NCBI GenBank assembly: GCA_016763075.1
Contig: JAESUM010000068.1
Coordinates: 13,051-77,050, forward strand
Source: Pseudomonadales bacterium
GTDB lineage: Bacteria; Pseudomonadota; Gammaproteobacteria; Pseudomonadales; JAHRWD01
Length of the DNA: 64,000 nt
Direction of reading: 5' to 3'
Positions 1-10,503 of the stretch are shown here, in pieces. Below the pieces are notes generated by a model. That model worked only from the letters and a program-made list of their open reading frames with translations, had not been told where the DNA came from and did no database searches. The number at the start of each line of letters is the position of its first letter. The first letter of the stretch is position 1. Position numbers and translations under genes: made by a program.

Positions 1-896
1 TCTGCCAGTGCTGGCAAAATAGACTCTGCGTAGCCCCGTAGCTCAGTGTAGGCTTGCTCGGTAGTGCTATTATCAAAGCCAACATTTTCTAGTGTGCTTC
101 CCACTAAAATATGGCCGTCTCGGCGTGGTATTAAATACCGGTTGCCTGAAAGCACGATTCGTTGCAGTAACGGTGCGGCAGGCTTGTACAGAAGCATTTG
201 CCCACGAATAGGCCAAATCGGCGTCTCGCTGCCGACGTTACTCAACAACTGTTGGCTCCATGCACCGCTGGTAATCAGCGTTTTCTCTGCGTGAAATCGT
301 TGTGTTTGACTCGCTGCGCCGCTCACTCGCTGGCCTTCTATTAAAAACTCGGTAATTGAAGTATTTTCTTCCACGCAAATAAGTGGCTGCTGGGAGATGG
401 CTTGCTTTAGTGCTTTGAGTAACCGCGGATTACGCACGTTGCAGACTTGAGGCATCCATATTCCACCCGTTGCGCGGTGATTCAGCCCTGGCTGTAGAGT
501 CTCGATAATATCCGAGCTTATTAGCTTCAAATCAACGCTATGCTGAGCCGCCCATGCTTGTACTCGTGCTGGTACCTCATTGACGCTGGAGCGCTCATCA
601 ACATCACCAAAAAGTGAAATCAAACCGGTTTGATAGAGTTGGGAATCTATTCCGGTTTCGCTCATCAGTTGTTCAATCAAAGAAGGGTAGAGCTGCTGAG
701 ATAGCTTAGTGAGATTGGTGATTGAATCTGCATAATCCCACGGGCTTAGGGGTGAAACAATGCCGCCGCCAGCCCAAGATGCTTGCTGTCCGCAGCGCTG
801 GCTTTCCACTAACCGAATGGAGAAACCTTTTTTGGCCAGCGCATAACTGCTGAGCATACCCATGATGCCGCCACCAATAATCAAAAAGTCACTCAC
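1..896 (-). CDS. thiO: FAD-dependent glycine oxidase / D-amino-acid-oxidase family protein (ThiO-like); C-terminus lies beyond the window edge
   Basis: Absent from the ORF track because it runs off the edge. The minus-strand frame is open from position 1 up to GTG at 896-894. My translation starts VSDFLIIGGGIMGMLSSYALAKKGFSIRLVESQ, a GxGxxG FAD-binding fold, and stays open. The ThiO name is by resemblance only. Confidence 0.6.
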   Translation of the reverse strand, partial: MSDFLIIGGGIMGMLSSYALAKKGFSIRLVESQRCGQQASWAGGGIVSPLSPWDYADSITNLTKLSQQLYPSLIEQLMSETGIDSQLYQTGLISLFGDVDERSSVNEVPARVQAWAAQHSVDLKLISSDIIETLQPGLNHRATGGIWMPQVCNVRNPRLLKALKQAISQQPLICVEENTSITEFLIEGQRVSGAASQTQRFHAEKTLITSGAWSQQLLSNVGSETPIWPIRGQMLLYKPAAPLLQRIVLSGNRYLIPRRDGHILVGSTLENVGFDNSTTEQAYTELRGYAESILPALA

Positions 897-1072
897 AATC
901 GTTTCGACCCTAAAAAAGGGGTTCATTATAGCGTTTTGATTAAAAGGTTGGCAGCAGGACTGCAGATAACCGCGAACGCGGTTTTATATCAGATGGGATT
1001 TAGTTCAGTACAAAGTAGTACGAACTTTCGGTCACTGCAATGAGCCAAGCAATTTAACGCTTTTTACTAACA

Positions 1073-1489
1073 TTACCAACAGGTTGTAGTTGCCGCAGGA
1101 GTGTCGTTTGCGGATGTTTTTGCACCGGTTTGCGTTAGCGTAAAGGTTCTGCAGGTTGTGTCGTCTAATTGAGATCCGGTGGCTGTAGCTACAATGCTGT
1201 AGGTCAGCGTAGCGGCCGTCACCGTAATACCATAAAAGCCTTCAGGTGAACTAATACCACCAACATTCGTCGCACTTGAAGTATAAGTATTGTTACTGGA
1301 AAACCAGCGTTCTTCAGAAGCCGCTGCTTGAACCAGCGCAATTTTTGCATCAGAACGTCGCGATTTTTGAATGCTGTCCTGGTACGCAGGATAAGCAACT
1401 GATGCCAAAACGGCCGTGATAGCCACCACGATCATTAATTCAATAAGCGTGAAGCCGGCTATAGAACGATGACTAACGGGACGATTCAT
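1073..1489 (-). CDS. pilE: type IV pilin-like protein PilE (minor pilin)
   Basis: 138 aa. Prepilin leader MNRPVSHRSIAG|FTLIELMIVVAI with Glu at +5. C-terminal Cys pair (CRTF...TTCW). Last gene of the pilVWXY1E block. Confidence 0.8.
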   Translation of the reverse strand: MNRPVSHRSIAGFTLIELMIVVAITAVLASVAYPAYQDSIQKSRRSDAKIALVQAAASEERWFSSNNTYTSSATNVGGISSPEGFYGITVTAATLTYSIVATATGSQLDDTTCRTFTLTQTGAKTSANDTPAATTTCW

Positions 1490-1723
1490 ATGACCTTGCT
1501 CAATGCGGTAAAAGGATTACAAGTATAGCTTGAGTGCGTTGATGGCGCTTATTATGCACGCCGGAGCCGGTGCAAAACGCGACGCCGTCGTCATTCCATT
1601 TTTCTGGGCACGTTGTGAATGCGTTGATAGCAGAGCCGTTTTGTTTTGCTCCAACCCTGCTACAGACTCAAGCCATTCATTGTGTTTGCCCTACACACTG
1701 TTTTGTATGCAGGGCTTGGAGTA

Positions 1724-4246
1724 TTACAGAGGTAGGATTCGCCACGATTTACGACCACCGATGGCCGATGACCCCGATAGTGGAAAGTAAGATACACCGC
1801 CAATTGATTTGGGCAGAACGATAACGGGCAGTCCATCGGAAATCATCACCACCGGCGATTGCGTGTTTGCACCTGGCCCCAAATCAACCGTGGCCACTGT
1901 AATTTCGTCACCGGTAGTTGATGGCTCGGTCAGAATATTCCTTTGCTCAGCGGTGCCTGTTTTGTAATGTACCGCCGTCAGCTCGCTGCGCCCACCAAGG
2001 TTACCCGCGGAGTCAGGCCCTGGTCGATAAGTGGTGTAAAACAACGTGGTTCCAAATCGGGTTGCCGCAGACAACACACGAGAGCTTGAACTATCTAGCA
2101 GGTTAATCCAGCCGGCCTCACCTTCAATAGCGTGAAGTAACTCTGTAAAAGTAGTGGGGGTGTGTAGTGATTCGCCGTTATAAAAAGTAGGTGCGTTGTC
2201 TACGTCGCCATCTTCGTATACTACTATGTCACTCGTGTCTATTAACGCTGAAAGCGACACCGTCCCAAAGGCTAAAGAACCCTCACTGGAAAGCGGCTCT
2301 TTCACTCCAAAGAATTGGCTACTGTCGTGCGAGCCTAAGTCACTCGGCGACAGCAACACACCAGAACCAACGTACACCCACGATGCACCGGTATCGTCTT
2401 TGGCGGTAATGGGTGCGTTAAAGATCGGTGATGTTGCATTCAGTAATGTCGATAATTCGAGCGTTGCGCCCAATTTTGCTCGCATCAAATTGCCTGAATG
2501 GATCGTTCCACTTACCCCGCTGTTACGAGCTACCGTGCCGAAGTAGAGAAGGTCATCTTGATAATCATCATTCCAGTCGGTTGAATTCACCCCACCAACA
2601 AAACTGTTTGGCTCATGTACAACTGTTTCTGAAACCAAACCAGAAATCAGGTCATATTGAAACACGCTATAACTGCTTCGATCAGACAATACGTCTCTCA
2701 AGTTATTCGGACCTGAACCAAACACCAACTGCCATTCATTTTGTGATGGGTGCAGCCAGTCGTTACCTGCACCAGCGGCGCGTTTTTTCACCAGCGCGGG
2801 TTGGCTGGTGGTGTATTTGAGGTTCTCGTGGGTGACTTCAGAGATCAGCTGTGGCGCTAATTCTGGGTCGGTGATATCAAACACAAGGTACGCAGAGCGG
2901 AATGTACCCTCAATTGGCCCGCCACCAAGTCGCATACCCACTACTAATATCGTGCCCCAACCATTTGGATGAACATCGTCAGATGGGAAAATATTGACGT
3001 CAAATGCCTGAGGCGCACCATCAACATAATAAACGTGTGGATATTCGGTCTCTGTTAACCATTTCAAATGGGGCAAAAGGCTTTCTGGTGCATAGGCCCA
3101 GATCTCGGCACCCAGCGGATGTTCCACCTCGTTATTGTCTGCGCTCAATGCAAAGCTCTGATCTGCTGCATTCCAAAACCCGCCGTTGAATGCATGTAAT
3201 AAACCATCATTGGCCCCTACATAAACCATCCGCCGTCGGTCTGCATATTGGGCTTTAAACGCGGTGTAAGTAGCGTCGTTATATCGAGTATCGTAGTTAG
3301 CGCTTGAGCCATCGACTACCAGCGGAACCGAATTAACAATGTCACCCAATCTCCAGGTTACGCTGTCCATTGTGCGGTTACGCAAACCAGCTATTTCATT
3401 ACCGCGGATAAAATCAATAATGTCTCGAGCCTCAGAAACACTGGCCGCACCGAATAATTCGTAGTTACTCGTCGTTAATACAGTGTGATCAAAATCTGCC
3501 GCGGCGCCATCAAACGATGTGAAAATGTAACGTCCTCCGGTTACGCTGCTGTTGATACGATTACCGTATCCGCGTTGCTCTACCGGGTTAATATGCGCCA
3601 ATTGCTGCTGCGCGCTCCAAATTGGTTTCAGCTCATTGAGAGATAACAACGGCCCAAGCGTCGTACATCCGCTTCCCGTCATGCGCTGCAGTGAAGCGGC
3701 TCTATTCCCCGTAACGAAGAACCGAACCACTGGGTCTGCGTCGCAATTAGATGCATCCAACTTACCATTGCCGTTGCCGTCTTCGCGTACACGGCCATGG
3801 CTGTCGATAAACAATGCGTCTAAAACACCCGGCCAAGTGATACGATTTGCGCCATCGCCTAACTCATCCAAATAACCCGCTTGGTAACTGGTTAGGGTAC
3901 TTGAGCCCTCATTCGATACGATGGTTGATTTAAGAACCCCTATTCCACCAAGCGGGACGGATGTAAAATCGCCGGATACCGGCGATGGGATTTCGGTTTC
4001 TTCACCCTCCCCCGATGCTTCTTCACCTTCGCTGTCATGGCCTAAACCAGCACCGCCAGCGTGTTCGTTTGCGTGCTCATTTGCATGACCAGAAACCGCG
4101 GCTCCATAAGAAAAGTCAGGGCTGAATTCTCCCGCTAGAACCGAATCCCACTCAGCCTGAGCTACATTTGTGCTGATCAGCAGCGTAACCGCACTGACCG
4201 TTAGTATTCGGGTGCTTAATCGACAGGTTTTTTCAATCCGTTTCAT
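1724..4246 (-). CDS. pilY1: type IV pilus tip-associated protein PilY1 (PilC family)
   Basis: ORF 1724-4294. Preferred start is ATG 4246 (MKRIEKT..., signal peptide ending NVAQA|EW), 10 nt after the pilX stop. About 840 aa, in the pilX-pilE position expected for PilY1. Contains a DGNGNGKLD Ca-loop-like motif. Confidence 0.75.
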   Translation of the reverse strand: MKRIEKTCRLSTRILTVSAVTLLISTNVAQAEWDSVLAGEFSPDFSYGAAVSGHANEHANEHAGGAGLGHDSEGEEASGEGEETEIPSPVSGDFTSVPLGGIGVLKSTIVSNEGSSTLTSYQAGYLDELGDGANRITWPGVLDALFIDSHGRVREDGNGNGKLDASNCDADPVVRFFVTGNRAASLQRMTGSGCTTLGPLLSLNELKPIWSAQQQLAHINPVEQRGYGNRINSSVTGGRYIFTSFDGAAADFDHTVLTTSNYELFGAASVSEARDIIDFIRGNEIAGLRNRTMDSVTWRLGDIVNSVPLVVDGSSANYDTRYNDATYTAFKAQYADRRRMVYVGANDGLLHAFNGGFWNAADQSFALSADNNEVEHPLGAEIWAYAPESLLPHLKWLTETEYPHVYYVDGAPQAFDVNIFPSDDVHPNGWGTILVVGMRLGGGPIEGTFRSAYLVFDITDPELAPQLISEVTHENLKYTTSQPALVKKRAAGAGNDWLHPSQNEWQLVFGSGPNNLRDVLSDRSSYSVFQYDLISGLVSETVVHEPNSFVGGVNSTDWNDDYQDDLLYFGTVARNSGVSGTIHSGNLMRAKLGATLELSTLLNATSPIFNAPITAKDDTGASWVYVGSGVLLSPSDLGSHDSSQFFGVKEPLSSEGSLAFGTVSLSALIDTSDIVVYEDGDVDNAPTFYNGESLHTPTTFTELLHAIEGEAGWINLLDSSSSRVLSAATRFGTTLFYTTYRPGPDSAGNLGGRSELTAVHYKTGTAEQRNILTEPSTTGDEITVATVDLGPGANTQSPVVMISDGLPVIVLPKSIGGVSYFPLSGSSAIGGRKSWRILPL

Positions 4247-4256
4247 TCTAGCAATC

Positions 4257-4901
4257 CTATTTTTGGTATGTGGTTTGGAGCATGATTCGGCCACGGTCTG
4301 AAAGATCCGATGCCAAAGTGGTTACACGGAACATTTGCGGGCATGAAGCCAGTGAAGGTGTATTAATACAATCGGCATAACTGGGCATCGATGCTCCCGT
4401 AACCGCGACCGGGAAAACACCCATATATTCAATGATATAACGTGCTTTTACATTGGAGGTTAAAGCTAAATTACTTGATGTATAAGCGATACTTCGAGTT
4501 GAGCTATTCCATACATCGAGGTTCCCTTGGCAGCCATTTGCAAGGGCCCAGCGCTCCTCAAGATGAGCAGCATTTGCACAGGGCTTACCAATGCTAGCTG
4601 GATAAGCCGGGTCCATTTTTCGGCTTGTACATAATCCGTTGGTGCAGGTATTCGTGGCTATCGGTTCAATATCTAGCGCTTCAATTAAGCGTTCGCCTTC
4701 GAGCAAAGCGGCTTCGCCAGCCTGGGTTATGAGCTGCTCAAGGCGATAATTAGCGGCTATTTTCCCCTCCAACGCGGAGTTTTGCATGGCCGATACTCCC
4801 AGTATGGTGAGCACCATTAAAATCACCAAACTCACTACAAGCACAGCGCCTTGCTGGTTGCTCGGCGCTACAGCCGCTGCGGTTATTTTTGCTTGGAACA
4901 T
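4257..4901 (-). CDS. pilX: type IV pilus minor pilin PilX
   Basis: ORF 4257-4970. Preferred start is ATG 4901, one nt after the pilW stop (4903-4905). N-terminal hydrophobic helix QGAVLVVSLVILMVLTILGVSAMQ is typical of the PilX N-terminal domain. Operon position fits. Confidence 0.7.
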   Translation of the reverse strand: MFQAKITAAAVAPSNQQGAVLVVSLVILMVLTILGVSAMQNSALEGKIAANYRLEQLITQAGEAALLEGERLIEALDIEPIATNTCTNGLCTSRKMDPAYPASIGKPCANAAHLEERWALANGCQGNLDVWNSSTRSIAYTSSNLALTSNVKARYIIEYMGVFPVAVTGASMPSYADCINTPSLASCPQMFRVTTLASDLSDRGRIMLQTTYQK

Positions 4902-4902
4902 G

Positions 4903-6090
4903 CTAAATACCACCATTTCGTAGCTGCACAGTGGTCGATACCGTCTTACGTAAGTAACGATCTGAGCCACTGTTAATGGTGGCTTCTGCCATTAACAAAC
5001 TATCGGTGTTTACCACTTCTTCTACTTCTTCGATGCTACGCAGCAGTAAGCTAATTCGCACGCTAACCACGGTATCGGCATAAGCCGAGCCGCTTGTACC
5101 AATGGCATTGAGTATTTGTGCAGTAACATAGCGGTTTGGAACGGCATCGTCGTCAGTATCAATTCCGTACAATACCTGCATCGACTCAACACCTTCTACC
5201 AAGGGCACCGCATTTAACGGTGCGCCGTTGCTGTAGTCTTTTCGGTACAAAGTAGGTGCATTATCCTGCCCCAACCCGATGTAATAGCTGTTGATAGACA
5301 CCGCAGAGATCGTGGCATCTTCGTTACCTTCAAGCACTCGGTAAACATGCCCTAGCGATAAACTGGCTTTATTACTTGGTACCGTGCCGGGGCAGCCGGC
5401 AGTATTTCGGTTAACTTGGCCTACCACTGCCGAGCAATTTCTAAACAAATCTGCTGCGCTGCAATCCGATATCACCACCAAACGCCCGGCATCATTGCTG
5501 CCATCATTTGCATCTAGAAAACCACTGATAGGGAAGTTGGTGCTTGTCGTGAGTATGGTTTGAGCGCTGGTGTAGGCTAAATCCAGTGGTGGCTCTGTTC
5601 GCTTCACCACTAAAACATCAGTCCCTTTAAGTACTTTACCCGTTAATGTTGCATCAAGGTCTGAGCTAACTGCGTTGCCATTGTGCCACTGGTCCAGCGA
5701 ACTAGAACTAGAGAGCGAGCTCGTCAAGGTATAGACCTCGGTTGGTCCGGTGCCCGCACCAGAGTTAGAGTACTCCCAGCCGCCAACGGCTTGGTTTAAG
5801 CTAAACAAAGTATCCGAATACCCAGCCAAGCTATCGTCGAGTAAATTGGTGATTTGTGAATTTGCAGAACAGCCACTCACGCCAGCCATTTGCAGCTCTT
5901 GGCGCAATACCGTCAGCGCATATCGGCCGTTTTCTTGCATACGCGCAAGCTCGCTTTGGAACAGGTAATGTTGTTTGTTATTGGCCATCAATTGAATAAT
6001 GCCGGTGATCAACATCATGCCAACCGTCATAGAAATCAACAGTTCAAGTAGGGTAAAACCGCGCTGCTTACTGCGCATTAAAGTGGTCAT
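4903..6090 (-). CDS. pilW: type IV pilus minor pilin PilW
   Basis: 395 aa. Prepilin motif MTTLMRSKQRG|FTLLELLISMTVGMML. 4-nt overlap with pilV. Confidence 0.8.
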   Translation of the reverse strand: MTTLMRSKQRGFTLLELLISMTVGMMLITGIIQLMANNKQHYLFQSELARMQENGRYALTVLRQELQMAGVSGCSANSQITNLLDDSLAGYSDTLFSLNQAVGGWEYSNSGAGTGPTEVYTLTSSLSSSSSLDQWHNGNAVSSDLDATLTGKVLKGTDVLVVKRTEPPLDLAYTSAQTILTTSTNFPISGFLDANDGSNDAGRLVVISDCSAADLFRNCSAVVGQVNRNTAGCPGTVPSNKASLSLGHVYRVLEGNEDATISAVSINSYYIGLGQDNAPTLYRKDYSNGAPLNAVPLVEGVESMQVLYGIDTDDDAVPNRYVTAQILNAIGTSGSAYADTVVSVRISLLLRSIEEVEEVVNTDSLLMAEATINSGSDRYLRKTVSTTVQLRNGGI

Positions 6091-6611
6091 ATTTCTGATC
6101 TCAACTGAAGCTGAGCTTTGCTCTTTTTTCTAAGCTTTGCATCGTTTTCATCGAAAACAGTTTCATCCCAGCGCAGGGTGACCACGTAAATCACGCCCGA
6201 AGGAAGTGCTTCTCGGGCAATTTCTGCCTCACCGCCGGGGAGCTGGTTGCCCACATCGGTCTTCCATTGATTCAGGTCATGGTCAACAAGCGCAGCCGGA
6301 GCACAGGCTGTGCAATTTGCGTAGCCGCTTGCGGCATCATCAAAACCAGAAACATAACGGCTTGTCGTTACTGCTTGCTCCCGATTAGCGCGCATCCGAT
6401 CAAGAATATCGTAGCTCAGCAGTGAGGCTTCGGAGCGCAACAAAGCACCGTGGTTATTGATTACGCTGACCGACTGCAAACCCGCCAGACCCAATAATCC
6501 AACCGCCAAAATGACCAGCGATATCAATACTTCGAGCAGGGTAAAACCTTTTTGAGAAAAGGCCCCTTTAGCATCATGGTTTGAGGTCATGGATAAATAT
6601 TGAATCTTCAA
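6087..6611 (-). CDS. pilV: type IV pilus minor pilin PilV
   Basis: 174 aa. Prepilin motif ...FSQKG|FTLLEVLISLVILAVGLLG. First gene of the minus-strand operon. The start may be the internal Met (MTSNHD...). Confidence 0.75.
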   Translation of the reverse strand: MKIQYLSMTSNHDAKGAFSQKGFTLLEVLISLVILAVGLLGLAGLQSVSVINNHGALLRSEASLLSYDILDRMRANREQAVTTSRYVSGFDDAASGYANCTACAPAALVDHDLNQWKTDVGNQLPGGEAEIAREALPSGVIYVVTLRWDETVFDENDAKLRKKSKAQLQLRSEI

Positions 6612-6866
6612 TGTTGAGTGACAGTTTTCCTGCTAATTATCTGCGCGATTTTACCGATCCTTTAGTACACAACACAGGTTTTATCCAATTTAAACCGATA
6701 AACGGTCAAATTAACCCGACAATCGGTCGTTTATTGGCAAATCAATCCGCTCATTTACTCGGCGGCTGTAGAAGCCTGCGTGCAGGTTTTGTTATGCTCG
6801 GCCTTTTGAGACGCAACAGGTCTCACACAAACCTAACGCACAGTCCCAAAACTACGGCCATTCGAG

Positions 6867-7436
6867 ATGCTACTAGAGCAATATTACAGCCAAAAACACC
6901 CTCAAAAAACGCCCTGTAACCAGCGTCAAAGCGGCTTCAATTTGGTCGAGCTTATTGCCACTATGGCTATCGCAGCAATTCTTCTAGGCGTTGGTGTGCC
7001 TTCATTACTTCGGATGATCAATGGCAGCTTAATCACTGGGTATGTCGATGCCATGACCGGCGGTTTGGCGGTTGCTCGCACCGAAGCCATCGTCGAAAAA
7101 AACAGCGTGAGTATCTGCAAAAGTGCCGACCTTCTTAACTGTGACAACAGCGTTGATTGGCACGACGGGTGGATCGTTTTTATTGATGCTAATGGCAACC
7201 AAAGCGTTGATGGCGCCGACCGCATCGTACGCGTACATGAAGCATTATCGGCGCAAACCAAGCTCGTATACAGCGGCGGCACATACCTTCAATACGGTTA
7301 CAAAGGCGATCTCGAAAGCAGCGCCGGCAGCTTTGTTTTTTGCCCGCAAGACAACGACGACACCTTGGCTCAAGGCATTACCATTGCAACCAGTGGTCGC
7401 GTAAGAAAAGACAGCGGGCCCTTTAACTGCCCTTAA
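6867..7436 (+). CDS. GspH/FimT/FimU-family type IV minor pilin
   Basis: 189 aa. Motif ...RQSG|FNLVELIATMAIAAILLGVGVPS followed by a GspH-like body. Transcribed divergently from pilV. The leader is unusually long (22 aa) if ATG 6867 is the start. Confidence 0.7.
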   Translation: MLLEQYYSQKHPQKTPCNQRQSGFNLVELIATMAIAAILLGVGVPSLLRMINGSLITGYVDAMTGGLAVARTEAIVEKNSVSICKSADLLNCDNSVDWHDGWIVFIDANGNQSVDGADRIVRVHEALSAQTKLVYSGGTYLQYGYKGDLESSAGSFVFCPQDNDDTLAQGITIATSGRVRKDSGPFNCP

Positions 7437-7555
7437 ATTTACGGCAATTTAGCTGGCCCATCTAACGCTGGCCGGCCTCACAAACTTGTCAGCGAATATT
7501 GGATATTGTTACAGTGGCTGATTTTATTCCTAGCAACGTTACTGGACACAGCACC

Positions 7556-8611
7556 ATGGCCACAGAATTTTCTAAAACCGTCGGTATTATCGCCAACCCC
7601 ATGTCAGGCCGAGACGGCAGACGCCTTGCGGCACGAGCCAGTACAGTCCCTCACGAAAGCAAACGGTTACAGATCACCCGAGCAGTGGTCGGGGCTATTG
7701 CGGCCGGCGCAGACCACATTGTAGTGGTTAACGAGCCACGCAGAATCTCTACCGGCGCGGTTGAAAACCTAACACTCGATGCACACTTCACTTACTTAGA
7801 TGTAGAAATCACCCACAACGCCGCCGAAACCGTATCGGCGGTCGAGCAAATGAAAGCCCTCGATTGCAAAGCGCTGATCGTACTTGGCGGCGACGGCACT
7901 AATCGAATTGTAGCTAAAGCGTGGCCAGATGCGCCGATCGTGCCGATATCTACCGGAACTAACAACGTATTCCCGCTAATGGTTGAAGCCACCTTAGGCG
8001 GCATGGCAGCAGGCTTAGTGGCCTCTGGCCGGCTTCCGCTTGAAGATGCCGGACGCCCTGCAAAAGTAGTGCGGGTCGATGTAGACGGTGAGCCAGAAGA
8101 TATCGCATTGATTGACGCTGTATTTTTGATCAACGACATCATTGGCAACGCCATGCCCTACGAATCAGATTCTATTCGGCACATCATTTTAGCCCGCGCT
8201 GAACCAGCATCCGTCGGTATTTCACCGGTCGGCGGGCTGCTTTGCCCTTCCAGTGCTGAAGACGAATTTGGCGTAGAAGTGCAATGTTGCGATCACGGCG
8301 AAGCTGGAACCCACCTGCTGGCACCCATCTCTCCGGGGCTATTTCGCAGCCTTCATATTAGAAGTGCAGAAAGAATTGAATTGGGCGAGCCCGTCGAGAT
8401 TACCGGCCCTGGCATTCTAGCCTTCGACGGCGACCGCGAGCGAGTGTTGGAGCCCGGCCAAAAAGCCTATATTCGAGTCGAGCGCAACGGGCCACATGTG
8501 ATCGACGTACATAAAAGCCTGCAACTGGCGGCACAGCGCGGGCTTCTTACCGGGCACATGCATTGGAAAGACAACTACGACGGCGCGCTGCAAGGCATTG
8601 GTTGCTGCTAA
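7556..8611 (+). CDS. ATP-NAD kinase / diacylglycerol-kinase-fold family protein (AcoX-like)
   Basis: ORF 7499-8611. Preferred start is ATG 7556 (MATEFSKTVGIIANPMSGRDG...). The GGDGTNR motif is typical of the NAD-kinase fold. Confidence 0.6.
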   Translation: MATEFSKTVGIIANPMSGRDGRRLAARASTVPHESKRLQITRAVVGAIAAGADHIVVVNEPRRISTGAVENLTLDAHFTYLDVEITHNAAETVSAVEQMKALDCKALIVLGGDGTNRIVAKAWPDAPIVPISTGTNNVFPLMVEATLGGMAAGLVASGRLPLEDAGRPAKVVRVDVDGEPEDIALIDAVFLINDIIGNAMPYESDSIRHIILARAEPASVGISPVGGLLCPSSAEDEFGVEVQCCDHGEAGTHLLAPISPGLFRSLHIRSAERIELGEPVEITGPGILAFDGDRERVLEPGQKAYIRVERNGPHVIDVHKSLQLAAQRGLLTGHMHWKDNYDGALQGIGCC

Positions 8612-8652
8612 AAGCGCGCAACCTACACCGGTATGTTTTGCCACAGCCTTCA

Positions 8653-9177
8653 GTGAGCACCCCGATTATCATTGACGTAGAAGCCTCCGGTTTTGGCCGG
8701 GGCAGCTACCCCATTGAAGTGGGGTTTGTCTTGCCCGATGGCACGCCGTTTTGTTTTTTGATTAAACCCCTTAAACAGTGGACACATTGGGACAACAGCG
8801 CAGAGCAAGTTCACGAAATAACACGCGCACAGCTCGAAAAACATGGCTGCAGCGTGCTCGAAGCTGCTCAGAAACTCAATGATCAGCTCGCAGGTCAGAC
8901 GGTATATTCTGATGGCTGGGGCAACGATTTCAGCTGGATTTCGCTGTTATTCGAGTGCTCTGGGCTCACTCAACAGTTTAAGCTCGAGTCTCTTCGCAGC
9001 ATTCTTGATGAACAGCAAGTCGAGCTATGGCACCAAACCAAAGCGCAGGTCGAGCTAGAATTAGACGTAAAACGCCACCGCGCCAGCGGTGATGCTCGCA
9101 TTTTGCAGCAAACCTTTTTAAAAACCGCAGCACAAACCAGCCACCACCATCCGCAAGATAGCTCGCCTAAACCCTGA
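8653..9177 (+). CDS. DEDD-type 3'-5' exonuclease family protein
   Basis: ORF 8563-9177. Preferred start is the in-frame GTG 8653 (VSTPIIIDVEASGFG = Exo I DxE motif). The C-terminal HRASGDARIL resembles Exo III (H-x4-D). Confidence 0.55.
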   Translation: MSTPIIIDVEASGFGRGSYPIEVGFVLPDGTPFCFLIKPLKQWTHWDNSAEQVHEITRAQLEKHGCSVLEAAQKLNDQLAGQTVYSDGWGNDFSWISLLFECSGLTQQFKLESLRSILDEQQVELWHQTKAQVELELDVKRHRASGDARILQQTFLKTAAQTSHHHPQDSSPKP

Positions 9178-9285
9178 CCAACCGCGACATCACAGCCATC
9201 GCACCGCCCATCGCAGATAGCAACTAGGCCCATTAACCGTTAGAGTAGCCCGTTGCACGAATATTCAACCCTCCCGAGATTCCTG

Positions 9286-10503
9286 ATGAGCGATCAAACA
9301 GAACAAATTGCTGAACAAAAGCCCGCTGAAAAAGCTGAGCAGAAGCAGGTTCGGTTCACCGAATTCGCTCTACCTGGCACGCTACAAAGCGCGATTCAAC
9401 AGGCTGGTTTCGAATTTTGCACCCCTATTCAGGCCGAATCGTTACCCCATACACTCGATGGCAACGACTTGCTGGGTAAAGCCCAAACCGGCACCGGTAA
9501 AACCGCAGCCTTTTTGGTCACGATTATTGCCGGATTACTCGATAACCCGATCGAAGAACATTACGCGGGCGAAACCCGCTCGCTCATCCTTGCACCCACC
9601 CGCGAACTGGCTATGCAAATTGCCAAAGACGCCGAGCAACTCTCCAGAGGTTCGGGCTTAACCGTACTCACCTTAGTTGGCGGCGTAGATTATGAAAAAC
9701 AGCAATCGATGCTGGAGCAAGCATCTATCGATATTTTAGTAGCCACCCCCGGCCGCCTGCAAGATTTCTTAGGCAAACGGAAAGTGTATCTCGATCAACT
9801 AGAAGTATTGGTAATAGACGAAGCCGACCGCATGCTCGACATGGGGTTTATTCCACAAGTTCGGCGCATTATTCAAGCCTCAACCAAAAAAGGCTACCGC
9901 CAAACCCTGCTGTTCAGCGCCACTTTTAGCGAAGACGTGATGCGACTTGTTGAGCAGTGGACCAACGACCCAGTAAGAATCGAAATTGAGCCCGATTCGA
10001 TCGCTTCCGATAACGTTGACCAGCGGGTTTATCTGGTCACCAAACACGATAAATTCCCGCTACTGTGCAACCTCATCAAACAAAACAAAGGCGAACGTAT
10101 CATTGTATTCGCTAACCGCCGAGACACGGTTCGGACGCTGGAAGCCAAACTCAAAAAGAAGGGCCTCTCCTGCGGCATGCTCAGTGGTGAAGTTCAGCAA
10201 AATAAACGAGTACGGGTTTTAGAAGATTTCCGCAGCGGAAAAATACAAGTTTTAGTGGCCACCGACGTTGCCGGCCGCGGCATTCATATCAACGATGTTT
10301 CTTACGTTGTGAACTACACGCTACCTGAAGATGCCAAGGATTATATCCACCGCATTGGGCGAACAGGCCGAGCCGGAAGCAAAGGCTCCTCGATCAGTTT
10401 TGCCTGTGAAGATGACTCTTTCATCCTGCCAGAAATTGAGCAGTTATTGGGTGCGCCGCTTGAGTGCGAACATCCGCCTGCGGAGTTGTTGAGTAACGGA
10501 TAA
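9286..10503 (+). CDS. rhlB: ATP-dependent DEAD-box RNA helicase RhlB
   Basis: Motifs [18 protein letters not shown] (VIDEADRM), [13 protein letters not shown]. Preferred start is ATG 9286 (MSDQTEQ). Confidence 0.85.
   Translation: MSDQTEQIAEQKPAEKAEQKQVRFTEFALPGTLQSAIQQAGFEFCTPIQAESLPHTLDGNDLLGKAQTGTGKTAAFLVTIIAGLLDNPIEEHYAGETRSLILAPTRELAMQIAKDAEQLSRGSGLTVLTLVGGVDYEKQQSMLEQASIDILVATPGRLQDFLGKRKVYLDQLEVLVIDEADRMLDMGFIPQVRRIIQASTKKGYRQTLLFSATFSEDVMRLVEQWTNDPVRIEIEPDSIASDNVDQRVYLVTKHDKFPLLCNLIKQNKGERIIVFANRRDTVRTLEAKLKKKGLSCGMLSGEVQQNKRVRVLEDFRSGKIQVLVATDVAGRGIHINDVSYVVNYTLPEDAKDYIHRIGRTGRAGSKGSSISFACEDDSFILPEIEQLLGAPLECEHPPAELLSNG

Noticed and set aside
897-1072. TPP riboswitch upstream of the thiO-like gene
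   Set aside because: The minus-strand leader has no CUGAGA / ACCUGAUCUGGAUAAUGCCAGCG-like elements. It contains only a small hairpin (AACCGCG..CGCGGTT).
1530-1824. Plus-strand ORFs (86 and 84 aa) in the pilY1-pilE gap as a possible pilY2
   Set aside because: They are on the wrong strand for the operon, they overlap the pilY1 3' end, and they show no pilin-like or PilY2-like features.
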